A DNA stretch of 64,000 nucleotides from a bacterium (GCA_021814695.1 JAKAHY010000006.1:49-64048), one strand, 5' to 3'. Shown: positions 17,757-29,215, counted from the first letter of the stretch. Numbers and translations are program-made. Notes: generated by a model not told the origin, from the letters alone.

Positions 17757-18830
17757 ATGAACTCTCTATTCAGAAAAATAGATTGGCAGCTTGCGGCAGC
17801 GGTTTTGGTCTTGGCATCTGCCGGACTACTGAGCCTTTTGAGTTCCAGCCCCGATTTATTTTATAAACAACTTTTATGGATCGGAGTCGGTATTCTGGCC
17901 GCCTGTTTTTTTACCTTAGTTGATTTGAGGTCTTTTTTCAGCCATAAGTCGGTTATCAAATGGCTATTTATAATGATGGTTCTGGTTCTGATATTTGCAT
18001 TTATGTTTGCTCCCAAGATTAAAGGCAACCGCTCTTGGATAGTGTTGGGCTCGTTTCAATTTCAACCTTCGGAATTTGCAAAAATTATTCTCATAATCGC
18101 ACTCTCATACTTTTTTTCAAAAGCTCATATAGGAATCGCGCGTTGGAAAACAATAATCTCGTCATTTTTTTATTTTGCGGTTTTGGGATTTCTCGTAGCA
18201 GCACTGCCGGATATGGGGTCGGCCTTCGTTCTGCTCGCTTTGTGGTTCGGGTATGTTCTGGTTTCCGGTATGCCACTCAAAAAAATACTCATTTCCATCC
18301 TGATTTTTGCGATTGCTTTTGCGCTTATGTGGGCAATGGTTTTAAAGGCTTATCAAAAAGAGAGAGTGCTGGGGATGCTTTTTCCGGAAAGAGACCCGAT
18401 GGGAATAAATTATCACGTCATTCAGTCCAAAATTGCCATCGGTTCGGGTGGAATTTTCGGACAAGGTTTCCGTCAGGGCACTCAGGTTCAACTTGGGTTT
18501 TTGCCTGAATCCCAAACTGATTTTATTTTTGCCGCTATTGCCGAAGAAGGGGGATTTTTGGCTGTAAGCGTACTTCTGGTTGCATTTGTCTGGATGCTTT
18601 TCCGTATACTCAAAATAGGCTCTTTAATAGACGGGAATTTCAACAAATTTTTGTGTCTTGGTACGGCAATTCTTTTTTTGACCCAGTTCGCTTTCAATGT
18701 GGGTTCTAACCTGGGTCTATTTCCTGTAGTTGGGGTGACGTTTCCTTTTGTCAGTTATGGAGGCACGAGCATGCTTGCCAACATGATTTTGGTGGGTATG
18801 ATACAGTCTGCCTGGATAAAAAGGAGCTAA
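17757..18830 (+). CDS. rodA: Rod shape-determining SEDS protein RodA
   Basis: FQPSEFAK, QSKIAIGSGG, LPESQTDFIF, PFVSYGG. Confidence 0.9.
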   Translation: MNSLFRKIDWQLAAAVLVLASAGLLSLLSSSPDLFYKQLLWIGVGILAACFFTLVDLRSFFSHKSVIKWLFIMMVLVLIFAFMFAPKIKGNRSWIVLGSFQFQPSEFAKIILIIALSYFFSKAHIGIARWKTIISSFFYFAVLGFLVAALPDMGSAFVLLALWFGYVLVSGMPLKKILISILIFAIAFALMWAMVLKAYQKERVLGMLFPERDPMGINYHVIQSKIAIGSGGIFGQGFRQGTQVQLGFLPESQTDFIFAAIAEEGGFLAVSVLLVAFVWMLFRILKIGSLIDGNFNKFLCLGTAILFLTQFAFNVGSNLGLFPVVGVTFPFVSYGGTSMLANMILVGMIQSAWIKRS

Positions 18831-18839
18831 ATAAATCAT

Positions 18840-19823
18840 ATGAAGCGTTTGATTATAAGTTATGCGGTTTTAATTTCCGTATTAATATTAGTTTTCTGGC
18901 TTGTCGGAGCCTTTTATGCTTCGCAAGGATCGGCGGCGTCGGTTCAATTCACTATATCTCCCGGGGATGGAGTTTTCTCCATTTCCCAAAATCTTGCCAG
19001 ACAGGGCGTACTACAGTCGCCGCTTCTTTTTTTGATATACTCAGTTTTTTCCGGGCATTACGATAAATTTCAGCCGGGGACCTATCTTTTAAAACAACCC
19101 TTGGGGATTAGCAATATAGTAAAGGCGATAACGTCGGGCCCGACCGAAATTTCCGTTATCATAGTTCCCGGCATGACCTTAAAAGAAATTGATTCTACTC
19201 TTGCAAAAAAAGGAGTCATAAAATCCGACTCGCTTATTTCACTGAACCCCGCTCAATTTGGTGACAAATATCCATTTTTGAAAGGAGTCGGTTCGCTTGA
19301 GGGGTTTTTACTTCCCGACACCTATAGATTTTGGCTTTCTATGAAACCAGAAGATGCGGCCAAAATTATGCTTGATAACTTCTACAAAAAAGCCTGGTCA
19401 CAGCTATCTTCTTCGGCTAACCCATATAAAACTCTCATTGTGGCTTCGTATCTGGAAAAAGAAGTAGTTTCAATGCATGACAAGCAAATGGTTGCCGGGA
19501 TAATCAATAACCGCTTGAAAATCGGAATGCCTCTTCAGATAGATGCAACAGTCGTTTATGCCGCTTGCGGGGGAGGATTCCTTAATTGCGGTCAGATTTC
19601 TTCTTCGGATTTTTCGATTCAATCTCCATATAATACATATAAAATAGTGGGGCTGACTCCGACTCCGATAGGAAGCCCGACACCGGATTCAATTAAGGCC
19701 GCTCAAACGCCGATCGCCTCTTCTTATCTTTTTTATTTGTCCGATTCAAAAACTCAAAAAACTATTTTCAGCAAAACTCTTCAGGATCATGCCGTTAATC
19801 GCCAGAAATACCTCGGTTTATAG
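18840..19823 (+). CDS. mltG: Endolytic transglycosylase MltG
   Basis: LEGFLLPDTY, ASYLEKE, MPLQIDATV, SPYNTY. Confidence 0.92.
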   Translation: MKRLIISYAVLISVLILVFWLVGAFYASQGSAASVQFTISPGDGVFSISQNLARQGVLQSPLLFLIYSVFSGHYDKFQPGTYLLKQPLGISNIVKAITSGPTEISVIIVPGMTLKEIDSTLAKKGVIKSDSLISLNPAQFGDKYPFLKGVGSLEGFLLPDTYRFWLSMKPEDAAKIMLDNFYKKAWSQLSSSANPYKTLIVASYLEKEVVSMHDKQMVAGIINNRLKIGMPLQIDATVVYAACGGGFLNCGQISSSDFSIQSPYNTYKIVGLTPTPIGSPTPDSIKAAQTPIASSYLFYLSDSKTQKTIFSKTLQDHAVNRQKYLGL

Positions 19824-19832
19824 TTGTTCAGC

Positions 19833-20375
19833 ATGAAAAAAATATTGCCTCCGAAATTTTTTCAAAAACCCGCATCTGCGGTTGCCCGCGGTCTTTTGGG
19901 GAAAATTATTGTAAGAAAATCGGGACGCAAGATTTATAAAATAATGATTATCGAAACCGAAGCTTATCTTGGCGAAAAAGACCTGGCTTCGCATGCTAGG
20001 TTTGGAAGAACAAAACGAAACGCGGTTATGTTCGGCGAGGGCGGGTGCTGGTATGTTTATTTTGTTTATGGCATGCACTGGCTGCTTAACGCGGTTACCG
20101 AAAACAAAAACTATCCGTCGGCGGTTCTCGTCCGGAGCGGAGTTCTTCTCGGAAAGAATCGGCGGATAATCAACGGTCCGGCAAGGATTACAAAAATTTT
20201 AAAAATTAACGGCCGGATTACGGGAAAGCCCATATCGAAAAAATCCGGGCTTTGGATTGAGGACTGGGGAGTTAAAATTAGCAGAATAAAAAAGAGTCCC
20301 CGAATAGGAGTGGAATATGCCGGAGTCTGGTCCAAAAAATTGTTGCGTTTTACCTTGCAAGAACGCGTGATATAA
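19833..20375 (+). CDS. mpg: DNA-3-methyladenine glycosylase (MPG/AAG)
   Basis: IIETEAYLG, YVYFVYGMH, NGPAR, PRIGV. Confidence 0.9.
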   Translation: MKKILPPKFFQKPASAVARGLLGKIIVRKSGRKIYKIMIIETEAYLGEKDLASHARFGRTKRNAVMFGEGGCWYVYFVYGMHWLLNAVTENKNYPSAVLVRSGVLLGKNRRIINGPARITKILKINGRITGKPISKKSGLWIEDWGVKISRIKKSPRIGVEYAGVWSKKLLRFTLQERVI

Positions 20376-20384
20376 TCAAACCAT

Positions 20385-21269
20385 ATGGAAAGAAGAATTG
20401 AGGGAGGTTTTGGGAAAAAAATAGAGAGGAAGGATATAGTGGATAAGGCTTTTTCCCTGGCTAAAGAAATTTTAAGAAGAACTCAGATAAACGAGAGTGA
20501 TTTCGGCGATGTTTATAGTTCGGAAGAAATAAACAAAGACAAGGAATATGTAGAAAAAAGGAATTCGGAATTTAAAGAGTCCCGGGATAAAGAAGGAGGA
20601 GATAATCAAGAAAATTTTAAGCTGGCCACGATTTTTGAGGCCATAGTTGTTATAACCAGAGAATGGTTTGGAAAAAATTGTCAGACATTTAAGACCGCGA
20701 ATTTTGACGATATAGCCAACGGCGTTGATGTGGTTGCGCAATTATCAAAAGGAGAGGGGGATAATTCTTCCAAATCTATCGGATTTGCCATTGATGTAAC
20801 TTTTCATAATGAATTTGAGAACAAAATTGACCGGATACGCAATGAAATAGAAAAGGGCAAGCTGCCGACTGTTAAATATTTCAGACCCGGAAGCAAGAAC
20901 GCTCAAGGTCAGCCGCCGGAAATTGTTCGTGCGGTCATCAGCGCTTCAAAAGATACGGTTATTGAATTGGCCGAAACGTTAATAATGGCAACCAAAAATC
21001 CAAAAATTTTATTTGAAAACCAATTTCAGTTTCAGGCACTTGATGAGATTATTTACCAGCTTAAAACATACGAAGCATATGCCAGAACAATCGGCAAAGA
21101 TTCTATTGCAGAAAAATACGGACAAGCGCTTTCTCAGATTCGTGGAGCAAAAAAAGAGCGTTCTGAATCTTTAACGGACGAACATCAGAGGGATATGCTT
21201 TTTGAAGGGTTGGTTTCTTATCTGAGCTCGTCTTTTAAGCCCAAATCCGAACAGCCTCCGAGGGCTTGA
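20385..21269 (+). CDS. Hypothetical protein (possible degenerate PD-(D/E)XK fold)
   Basis: FDDIANGVDVV...FAIDVT. Confidence 0.6.
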   Translation: MERRIEGGFGKKIERKDIVDKAFSLAKEILRRTQINESDFGDVYSSEEINKDKEYVEKRNSEFKESRDKEGGDNQENFKLATIFEAIVVITREWFGKNCQTFKTANFDDIANGVDVVAQLSKGEGDNSSKSIGFAIDVTFHNEFENKIDRIRNEIEKGKLPTVKYFRPGSKNAQGQPPEIVRAVISASKDTVIELAETLIMATKNPKILFENQFQFQALDEIIYQLKTYEAYARTIGKDSIAEKYGQALSQIRGAKKERSESLTDEHQRDMLFEGLVSYLSSSFKPKSEQPPRA

Positions 21270-21465
21270 TTTTCTTTTTGACATATGGCATCATAGAAGC
21301 GATTACAAGACTGCTGAAATTTAGGGACTTTTTAATGGCCGAGTCAAAATATTTGACAAAGCTACGCCTCGTAGTGTTTAATATTAATTAATTTTAACAG
21401 AGCACTAGACATAATCCTCTAAAAAGAAGGGAGGAGTGCTTTTTTTGCATAAGACGACAACCCCT

Positions 21466-24400
21466 ATGCCAAAACAATATCCTGAGGTCAAGACCTTCTC
21501 TACCCATCCGGGCGATTTCACCGAAAAGCCTTTTATGGGCGAAATCCAATTCCACTCGTGGGAGTGGTTTGTTAAGAAAGGAGTTAAGGAGTTATTTAAA
21601 GAAATTTCTCCGATTAGGGATTATACCGGAAAAGAATACGAACTCTATTTTGAGGACTACTCTTTCGATGAGCCCAAATTCAGCGAAGAAGAGTCATGGC
21701 AGCGCGGTTCCACATTTGAAGCCTCTTTGCGGGCGAAGATAAAATTAGTGAATCTTAAAACCAAGAAGGCCATGGTTCAGGAGGTATATCTGGGAGATTA
21801 TCCGATGATGACCGACAGAGGAACCTTTATTATAAACGGAGTTGAGAGAGTAGTTGTCTCTCAGTTTATCCGTTCGGCCGGAGTTTACTTTACAGCCAGA
21901 GCAGTCAAAGGAAAAAAATATTTTGGAGCCAAAATTATTCCTGATCGCGGTAGCTGGATGGAATTTGAGACCGATGCCGATGGCTCAATCGGAGTCAAAA
22001 TAGACAAGCACAGAAAAGTTGCCATAACGGATTTATTTAGGGTTTTCGGCCTTGAAACCAACGAAGATATTTTAAAGGCTTTTGCCGATATTGATGGCCA
22101 GAACAAGCATATTCAGGCCAGCCTTAAGAAAGATAACGCCTCGGACGTTTCTTCTTCATATATAGAAATTTATAAACGCTTAAGGCCCGGAGACCTTGCC
22201 AGCGCCGAAAATGCCAAAGGTTTGATTGATGGCATGTTTAAACGCTCCGATAGGTTCTCACTTTCCGAAGTCGGCCGCTACAAGATGAATCAGAGGCTTG
22301 AAATCAAGGAAAAAGTTGATACTCAACTTGTAAGAATAGAGGACTTGATTTTAATAGCTCGAGAAATTATTCGGCTCAATGATGATGAACAAGCCGAACC
22401 GGACGATATCGACAGCCTCTCAAACCGCCGCGTTCGCTCGGTTGGTGAACTTTTGCAGTCACGCATGAGGGTTGGATTTGCCCGCATGAGGAGAATTATC
22501 CAAGACCGCATGTCTACGCTCGAAGCAGAGCAGCTAACTCCGTTGGTATTAGTTAACCCGAAACCGCTTTCTTCAGTTGCGCGGGAATTTTTGGTTTCTT
22601 CGCAGCTTTCACAATTTATGGATCAGGTTAATCCGCTGGCGGAACTTTCCCACAAGCGCCGCCTCTCGGCGATGGGCCCCGGAGGACTGACACGTGAACG
22701 CGCCGGATTTGAAGTCCGCGATGTTCATGAATCCCACTATGGGCGTATCTGTCCTATTGAAACTCCCGAAGGACAAAACATAGGACTCATCAACCACCTT
22801 GCGACGTTTGCCAAAGTTAATGAGTACGGATTTTTGGAAACTCCTTATGCCAAAGTCAAAAACGGAAAAGCATCCAATGAAATTATTTGGATGGATGCCA
22901 ATGCCGAAAAGAAATATAAGATTGCAGAAGGGGGTGTTGCTTTGGATAAAAGCGGTAAAATTTTAAGTGAGATCGTAGAAGCAAGAATTAACGGAGAGCC
23001 GGGAGTTTGCGCCAAAGAAGAAGTTGATTTTATAGACGTTTCACCGACTCAGGTTGTCAGCGGCGCCACCGCATTGATTCCATTTTTGGAACACGACGAT
23101 GCCAACAGAGCGCTCATGGGCGCAAACATGCAAAGACAGGCGGTACCTTCTATAAGGGCGGACGCTCCTTTGGTCGGAACCGGGGCTGAAGACCAAATAG
23201 CCAAAGATTCCGGCAGGGTTATTATGGCTCCCGAGGACGGAGAAATAGTTGAAGCTGATGCCGCTCATATAGTTTTTAAAAGCAAAAAAGGCGTCAAAAA
23301 GGAATACCAACTTTCCAAATTCAGGCGCTCCAACCAATACACGGGTATTAGTCACAAAACAGTGGTTACTTCCGGCCAAAAAGTTAAGCGTGGAGATGTG
23401 CTGGCCGACGGCCCTTCAACCGAAAACGGTATTTTGGCATTAGGACAAAATCTTCTGGTTTCATTCATCCCGTTTTTTGGAGGTAATTACGACGACTCGA
23501 TCGCAATTTCCGAAAGAGTTGCCCAACAGGACAGATTCACATCCGTTTATATAGAAGACTTTTATTGTGATGTTCGGGATACCAAACTTGGACCGGAGGT
23601 AACGACTTCCGACATCCCCAACGTTTCGGAAGAAAAATTGAGAAATTTGGATGAGGAAGGAATAATCCGAATCGGTGCCGAAGTTCGTGCCGGCGATATT
23701 CTCGTTGGTAAAATTTCACCCAAAGGCGAGACCGAACTTACCGCCGAGGAAAAACTTTTACGTTCTATTTTTGGAGAGAAAGCCAGAGACGTTAAAGATT
23801 CATCACTCTATCTTCCGCACGGAAAATCCGGAAGAATTATCGGAATCAAAATATTTTCTCGTGAAAGAGGAGATAAATTAGAGCCCGGCATAATAAAGAA
23901 AATTCAGGTTGAAGTGGCTCAGTTGAGAAAAATAAGAGCCGGAGACAAACTTGCCGGACGCCATGGAAACAAAGGTGTTATTTCCCGCGTTTTCCCGGTT
24001 GAGGACATGCCTTATTTGGCGGATGGAACTCCGGTAGATATCGTTTTAAATCCATTAGGTGTCGCTTCGCGTATGAACCTGGGACAGATTTTGGAAACTC
24101 ATTTGGGATTGGCTGCCAAGAAATTAGGCTACCGCGCTGTCAGTGAAGTGTTCGTTGGCGCAACCGAAGAGGAAATCAGCGGCGAGCTCAAGAAGGCAGG
24201 ATATCCGGAAAACGGTAAAATGGTTGTCTATGATGGACGTACCGGAAAAAGATTCGACCAGGATGTTATGGTTGGCTACATTTATATGCTCAAACTTAAC
24301 CACCTTGTTGAAGATAAAATCCATATGCGCTCAATCGGCCCCTATTCACTTGTTACTCAGCAGCCTCTGGGAGGAAAGGCTCAGTTCGGAGGACAGAGGT

Positions 24401-24645
24401 TCGGAGAGATGGAAGTCTGGGCTTTGGAAGGATACGGATCGGCACACACCCTTCAGGAAATGCTTACTATAAAATCTGACGACGTCTTAGGGCGTGCCGC
24501 GGCGTTCGAGTCGATTGTTAAAGGAGAGGATTTGAAAATGTCAGCCAGCCCTTCGGCGTTTAATGTTTTAACCAACGAAATCAATGCTTTGGGACTTAAG
24601 GTCGAACCCGTCAAGAAAGAGGATTTACCCGAGGAAAATATATAA
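21466..24645 (+). CDS. rpoB: RNA polymerase beta subunit
   Basis: FIINGVERV, GDKLAGRHGNKG, GGQRFGEME. Confidence 0.99.
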   Translation: MPKQYPEVKTFSTHPGDFTEKPFMGEIQFHSWEWFVKKGVKELFKEISPIRDYTGKEYELYFEDYSFDEPKFSEEESWQRGSTFEASLRAKIKLVNLKTKKAMVQEVYLGDYPMMTDRGTFIINGVERVVVSQFIRSAGVYFTARAVKGKKYFGAKIIPDRGSWMEFETDADGSIGVKIDKHRKVAITDLFRVFGLETNEDILKAFADIDGQNKHIQASLKKDNASDVSSSYIEIYKRLRPGDLASAENAKGLIDGMFKRSDRFSLSEVGRYKMNQRLEIKEKVDTQLVRIEDLILIAREIIRLNDDEQAEPDDIDSLSNRRVRSVGELLQSRMRVGFARMRRIIQDRMSTLEAEQLTPLVLVNPKPLSSVAREFLVSSQLSQFMDQVNPLAELSHKRRLSAMGPGGLTRERAGFEVRDVHESHYGRICPIETPEGQNIGLINHLATFAKVNEYGFLETPYAKVKNGKASNEIIWMDANAEKKYKIAEGGVALDKSGKILSEIVEARINGEPGVCAKEEVDFIDVSPTQVVSGATALIPFLEHDDANRALMGANMQRQAVPSIRADAPLVGTGAEDQIAKDSGRVIMAPEDGEIVEADAAHIVFKSKKGVKKEYQLSKFRRSNQYTGISHKTVVTSGQKVKRGDVLADGPSTENGILALGQNLLVSFIPFFGGNYDDSIAISERVAQQDRFTSVYIEDFYCDVRDTKLGPEVTTSDIPNVSEEKLRNLDEEGIIRIGAEVRAGDILVGKISPKGETELTAEEKLLRSIFGEKARDVKDSSLYLPHGKSGRIIGIKIFSRERGDKLEPGIIKKIQVEVAQLRKIRAGDKLAGRHGNKGVISRVFPVEDMPYLADGTPVDIVLNPLGVASRMNLGQILETHLGLAAKKLGYRAVSEVFVGATEEEISGELKKAGYPENGKMVVYDGRTGKRFDQDVMVGYIYMLKLNHLVEDKIHMRSIGPYSLVTQQPLGGKAQFGGQRFGEMEVWALEGYGSAHTLQEMLTIKSDDVLGRAAAFESIVKGEDLKMSASPSAFNVLTNEINALGLKVEPVKKEDLPEENI

Positions 24646-24662
24646 AAATCAAAAATAAAAAT

Positions 24663-27600
24663 ATGGACAATACAGACTTTGATTATTTAAGACTTAAAAT
24701 TCCCTCTCCCGACGAGGTTCTCGCCAATTCTTACGGTGAGGTGACAAAGCCGGAAACCATTAATTACCGAACGCAGCGCCCGGAAAAAGACGGTCTCTTT
24801 TCGGAAAGAATTTTTGGACCTACCAAAGACTACAAATGTTACTGCGGAAAATTTAAAGGCATCCGTTATAAAGGAACCATCTGTGACAAATGTGGAGTTG
24901 AGGTTACCCGCGCCGTCGTAAGACGTGAGAGAATGGGCCATATAAAACTTGCGGCCCCCGTTGCTCATATTTGGTTTCTTAAAACCGGCAATTCTAAATT
25001 GGGAATATTTTTCGACGCTCCGGCACATAAGTTGGAAAAAGTCGTATATTATGCCGCTTATATCGTTACCAATGTCGATGAGGCTAAACGCAAAGAATCT
25101 CTTGAGAGCCTTCAATCCGAATTCAAATCCAGAAAACACGACCTTAAAAACGACGCCAAACTTCTCAAGTCGGTCGAAGAATCATTTTCCAAATCCAAAG
25201 ATTTTCTCTCGTCTCTTAAAGTTGGTTCGGTTTTGGGTGAGGGAGAATATTTTGAACTGGCAAGGAAATTTGGAGATGTTTTTGAGGCCGGAACCGGTGC
25301 TCAGGCATTAAGAAAAATTCTTGAAAAGATAAATATCAAGAAGGAAATTACTGAAACCGAAAAACAAATCAGTGCTTTAGTTAAGCGCAAAGACACGACT
25401 TTCGAGAAAAAACTTTTGCATAAACTTAGAGTCCTTCATGCTTTTTCTAAAAACAATATCAGGCCGGAATGGATGGTAATCATGGTTCTTCCGGTTCTTC
25501 CGCCGGACTTGAGGCCTATGGTCGCATTGGACGGAGGGCGTTATGCCAGCTCCGATCTGAACGACTTATATCGCCGCGTTATCAACAGGAACAATCGTCT
25601 CCAGAAACTTATGGAATTGCGGGCGCCGGAAATTATCGTCACCAACGAAAAGCGCATGCTCCAGGAAGCGGTTGATGCTTTAATCGACAACACTGCTCGA
25701 TTGGGTAGACAACAGGTATCCAGCCAGAATCGCCCCCTTAAATCTCTTGCCGATATTCTTAAAGGAAAGCAGGGAAGATTCAGACAGAATCTTTTGGGTA
25801 AGCGCGTTGATTATTCGGCCCGGTCCGTTATCGTTGTCGGCCCCGATCTTAAACTCAACGAGTGCGGAATCCCGAAAAAAATGGCACTCGAACTTTTCAA
25901 ACCTTTTGTGATAAAGGAAATTTTGGAAAGGGGAATGGCCCATAACATCAAGAATGCAAACAGACTTATAGAGCAGGGAATCCCGGAAGTCTGGGAAATC
26001 TTGGAAGAGGTTATAGCCAACAAATCGGTTCTGTTAAACCGCGCTCCGACTTTGCATCGTTTGAGCATCCAGGCTTTCAAGCCGGTTCTCATTGAGGATT
26101 TAGCTATCCGCGTTCCTCCTATGGCTTGCGCCGCTTTCAACGCCGACTTCGACGGAGACCAGATGGCTGTTCATTTGCCTCTTTCAAAAGAAGCTCAGGA
26201 TGAGGCGTGGAACAGAATGCTTTCTTCAAAAAACATAATTAAGCCGTCTAACGGTGATCCGAGCGCTACTCCGGCTCAGGACGTAGCTTTGGGATCATAC
26301 TATCTGACAAAAATAGTCGGTGATACCAGTGACGATTCAAAAATAAAAGTTTTTAGCGACAAAAATGAAGCTCTCAAAGCGCTTGAATTCGGATATATAA
26401 AAATCAACCAGCCTATAAGAGTCGGCTCTCAGAAATCCGACATTACCTGTGTCGGTCGGCATATATTTAATGAAATTTTGCCCAAAGAATTCGGATTTGT
26501 TAATGCGGTCATGAATAAAAAAGCTCTGTCCAACCTTGTGGCCAGGCACATAGATACATTCGGATCCGAAAACACGTGGGAATTTTTGGACAACGTCAAA
26601 AAACTCGGACTGCAATACGCTGCTCTTTCGGGAATAACTTGGAGTATGTATGACCTCAAAATTCCTGGCGCCAAAAAAGAAATAGTTCGCAATGCCCGCA
26701 AAGAAGTTGAAAATATAACTCATCAATATGAAAGCGGATTTTTGGATTCTTCCGAAAGGAGAGCGAGAATCATAAGAATTTGGGAGAAAGTCAAAGACGA
26801 GATTGCAAAAACCGTTCCCGGAGCTCTGTCGGACACTAACCCGATATTCTACATAATTGATTCGGGAGCAAAAGGCTCTTGGGAACAGGCGGTTCAAACT
26901 ACGGGAATGAAGGGATTGGTCGCCAATCCTCAGGGAGAAACCATAGAATTGCCGGTTGTCTCTTCATATAAAGAAGGCCTCTCGGTGCTTGAATTCTTCA
27001 TTAACTCCCATGGATGCCGCAAAGGTCTTACCGATACGGCTCTAAAGACTGCTCAGGCCGGATATCTTACCCGCAGAATGGTTGATGTTGCTCAGGATAT
27101 AATAATTGACTCTTCCGATTGTAAAACTCAGGAAGGAAGAATAATTGACCGCGCAAGCGGAGAAGCCTACGGATATTCGTTTGCCCAAAGAATTTTCGGA
27201 AGAATCTTGGCTCAAGACGTAAAAGAAGGAAATAAAATTGTCGCCCATGCGGGAGATGCTATCGATAGGGATCTGGCCAGCCATATATCAAAATCCGGAG
27301 TTACTCAAATTATTGTTCGTTCTCCGATAACCTGTAAATCTCTTCACGGAGTTTGTGGTAAATGTTACGGACTTGATTTGGGACGTTTGGAAAATCCAAA
27401 AGAAGGAGAAGCTGTCGGAATTATTGCCGCTCAATCCATCGGAGAGCCGGGCACTCAGCTTACTTTGAGAACTTTCCACATCGGAGGTGTTGCCGGTCAG
27501 GATATTACGTTAGGATTGCCCCGTATTGAAGAGGTTTTTGAGGCCAGGCCGCCGAAGGGTCGCGCCGCATTAGCCGCAGAGGACGGAATTGTTCAGGAAA

Positions 27601-28262
27601 TAGAAGACAGCGGATCACTGCGTATTATCAAAGTCAAAAATTCAAAGAAAACAGGGGTTAAGCCCAAAATAAAAATTGAAGAATATTCCGCCCCAAGAAA
27701 CGTTACGCTTTATGTTGAAGTCGGCCAGAAAGTTAAAAAAGGAGACCAGTTGTTTGAAGGAAGTGTAGACCTAAAAGAACTCTTCTTGCTTAAGGGAACG
27801 GATGTAACTCAGAAATATATAATTGACGAAGTTCAGAAAATTTACGTTTCTAACGGTAACGTTATCAACGACAAACATATAGAAATAATAGTGCGCCAGA
27901 TGTTTTCTCGCGTCATGGTTAAGGATTCGGGAGACGGAGAATACGTACCCGGACAAGTGCTTGAAAAAGGCCAGTTTCTTAAGGCAAATCGCCGCCTGAA
28001 GATTAAGGGCAAAATACCGGCCAAAGCCAAGCAGCTTCTCATGGGTATTACCAGAGCCGCACTTTCCACCGAGAGCTTCCTTTCAGCCGCATCTTTCCAG
28101 GAAACTGCACGTGTTTTGGTTAATGCTGCTACCGAAGGGAAAATTGACAGGCTGCGCGGACTTAAAGAGAACGTTATCATCGGGCGTCTGATTCCGGCAG
28201 GAACCGGATATAAAAAGAAGCTTTCAAAAAAAGAGCCTCAAACAGAGGAGGCCGGAGAATAA
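24663..28262 (+). CDS. rpoC: RNA polymerase beta' subunit
   Basis: NADFDGDQMAVH, GKRVDYS. Confidence 0.99.
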   Translation: MDNTDFDYLRLKIPSPDEVLANSYGEVTKPETINYRTQRPEKDGLFSERIFGPTKDYKCYCGKFKGIRYKGTICDKCGVEVTRAVVRRERMGHIKLAAPVAHIWFLKTGNSKLGIFFDAPAHKLEKVVYYAAYIVTNVDEAKRKESLESLQSEFKSRKHDLKNDAKLLKSVEESFSKSKDFLSSLKVGSVLGEGEYFELARKFGDVFEAGTGAQALRKILEKINIKKEITETEKQISALVKRKDTTFEKKLLHKLRVLHAFSKNNIRPEWMVIMVLPVLPPDLRPMVALDGGRYASSDLNDLYRRVINRNNRLQKLMELRAPEIIVTNEKRMLQEAVDALIDNTARLGRQQVSSQNRPLKSLADILKGKQGRFRQNLLGKRVDYSARSVIVVGPDLKLNECGIPKKMALELFKPFVIKEILERGMAHNIKNANRLIEQGIPEVWEILEEVIANKSVLLNRAPTLHRLSIQAFKPVLIEDLAIRVPPMACAAFNADFDGDQMAVHLPLSKEAQDEAWNRMLSSKNIIKPSNGDPSATPAQDVALGSYYLTKIVGDTSDDSKIKVFSDKNEALKALEFGYIKINQPIRVGSQKSDITCVGRHIFNEILPKEFGFVNAVMNKKALSNLVARHIDTFGSENTWEFLDNVKKLGLQYAALSGITWSMYDLKIPGAKKEIVRNARKEVENITHQYESGFLDSSERRARIIRIWEKVKDEIAKTVPGALSDTNPIFYIIDSGAKGSWEQAVQTTGMKGLVANPQGETIELPVVSSYKEGLSVLEFFINSHGCRKGLTDTALKTAQAGYLTRRMVDVAQDIIIDSSDCKTQEGRIIDRASGEAYGYSFAQRIFGRILAQDVKEGNKIVAHAGDAIDRDLASHISKSGVTQIIVRSPITCKSLHGVCGKCYGLDLGRLENPKEGEAVGIIAAQSIGEPGTQLTLRTFHIGGVAGQDITLGLPRIEEVFEARPPKGRAALAAEDGIVQEIEDSGSLRIIKVKNSKKTGVKPKIKIEEYSAPRNVTLYVEVGQKVKKGDQLFEGSVDLKELFLLKGTDVTQKYIIDEVQKIYVSNGNVINDKHIEIIVRQMFSRVMVKDSGDGEYVPGQVLEKGQFLKANRRLKIKGKIPAKAKQLLMGITRAALSTESFLSAASFQETARVLVNAATEGKIDRLRGLKENVIIGRLIPAGTGYKKKLSKKEPQTEEAGE

Positions 28263-28307
28263 TCGGCTTGAGTTTGTGTTCATAGTGTGATACCTTAGAA
28301 AAACTTT

Positions 28308-28718
28308 ATGGAAGAAGAAAAAGACAAAAAAGAATACGAATTGGGTTTTTGGGTCAAGGATGATTCGGGACTCGAAAAGGTTAAGGCTTTAATGGCTGAT
28401 TTTGGGTTGGAGCCTACCTATACGGGAGAGTTAAAAAGAATGCAATTTGCCTATCCTATTAAAAAGGAGACGTCGGGAATTTTTGCCTCTTACCACTTTA
28501 AGACCGATATAGACAATCTCAGGGCTTTTGAAAAAGAACTAAAAGTCAGTGGCGATTGTCTTAGGTTTTTGGTTTCCAATAATCCGATGAAGAAAACGGA
28601 AGAGAGGGAATATCGAAGGCCGTCAATGGAAAAGAAGCCGGAAAAAGTTGAACAAAAACCGACCGAAACGGTTACCAACGAAGAACTTGAAAAGAAACTG
28701 GAAGAAATTCTAAAATAA
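28308..28718 (+). CDS. rpsF: 30S ribosomal protein S6
   Basis: YEL...FAYPIKK; rpsF-ssb-rpsR order. Confidence 0.85.
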   Translation: MEEEKDKKEYELGFWVKDDSGLEKVKALMADFGLEPTYTGELKRMQFAYPIKKETSGIFASYHFKTDIDNLRAFEKELKVSGDCLRFLVSNNPMKKTEEREYRRPSMEKKPEKVEQKPTETVTNEELEKKLEEILK

Positions 28719-28724
28719 ACTTGT

Positions 28725-29192
28725 ATGAATCTAAATAAAGTTTTTATCATAGGCAGAATAACTTCCGATATTGTTCTCAAGGCGACTCCGAGTAACCAGC
28801 CGGTAACAACCATGTCGGTTGCGACCAATCGTGTCTGGACAGACAAGTCCGGCCAAAAACAGGAAGAAGCCGAATTTCACAATGTCGTTGTCTGGGGAAG
28901 ACAAGCTGAATTGGCCAGCCAATTCCTTTCCAAGGGCAGTCTGGTGCTCATAGAAGGGAGATTGCGTACCCGAAGCTGGAAAGATAATAATAATCAGAAT
29001 CGAAAAGTGACCGAAATTGTCTGTGAAAGAATGCAGTTTGGTCCCAGACCTCAAGGTTCGGCTCAACGCCCATTTGTAGCTAAAGCCAAACCAACAGACG
29101 AACACGAAAGTCTAGAGGAGGAATCATTGCCGCAAATTTCTGTAGATGAGTCGCTTGAAGACGAAATTAAACCCGAAGACCTTCCGTTTTAA
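28725..29192 (+). CDS. ssb: Single-stranded DNA-binding protein
   Basis: NLNKVFIIGR; acidic C-terminus DLPF. Confidence 0.96.
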   Translation: MNLNKVFIIGRITSDIVLKATPSNQPVTTMSVATNRVWTDKSGQKQEEAEFHNVVVWGRQAELASQFLSKGSLVLIEGRLRTRSWKDNNNQNRKVTEIVCERMQFGPRPQGSAQRPFVAKAKPTDEHESLEEESLPQISVDESLEDEIKPEDLPF

Positions 29193-29215
29193 TCAGTTTT
29201 TATCAAACAATAAAT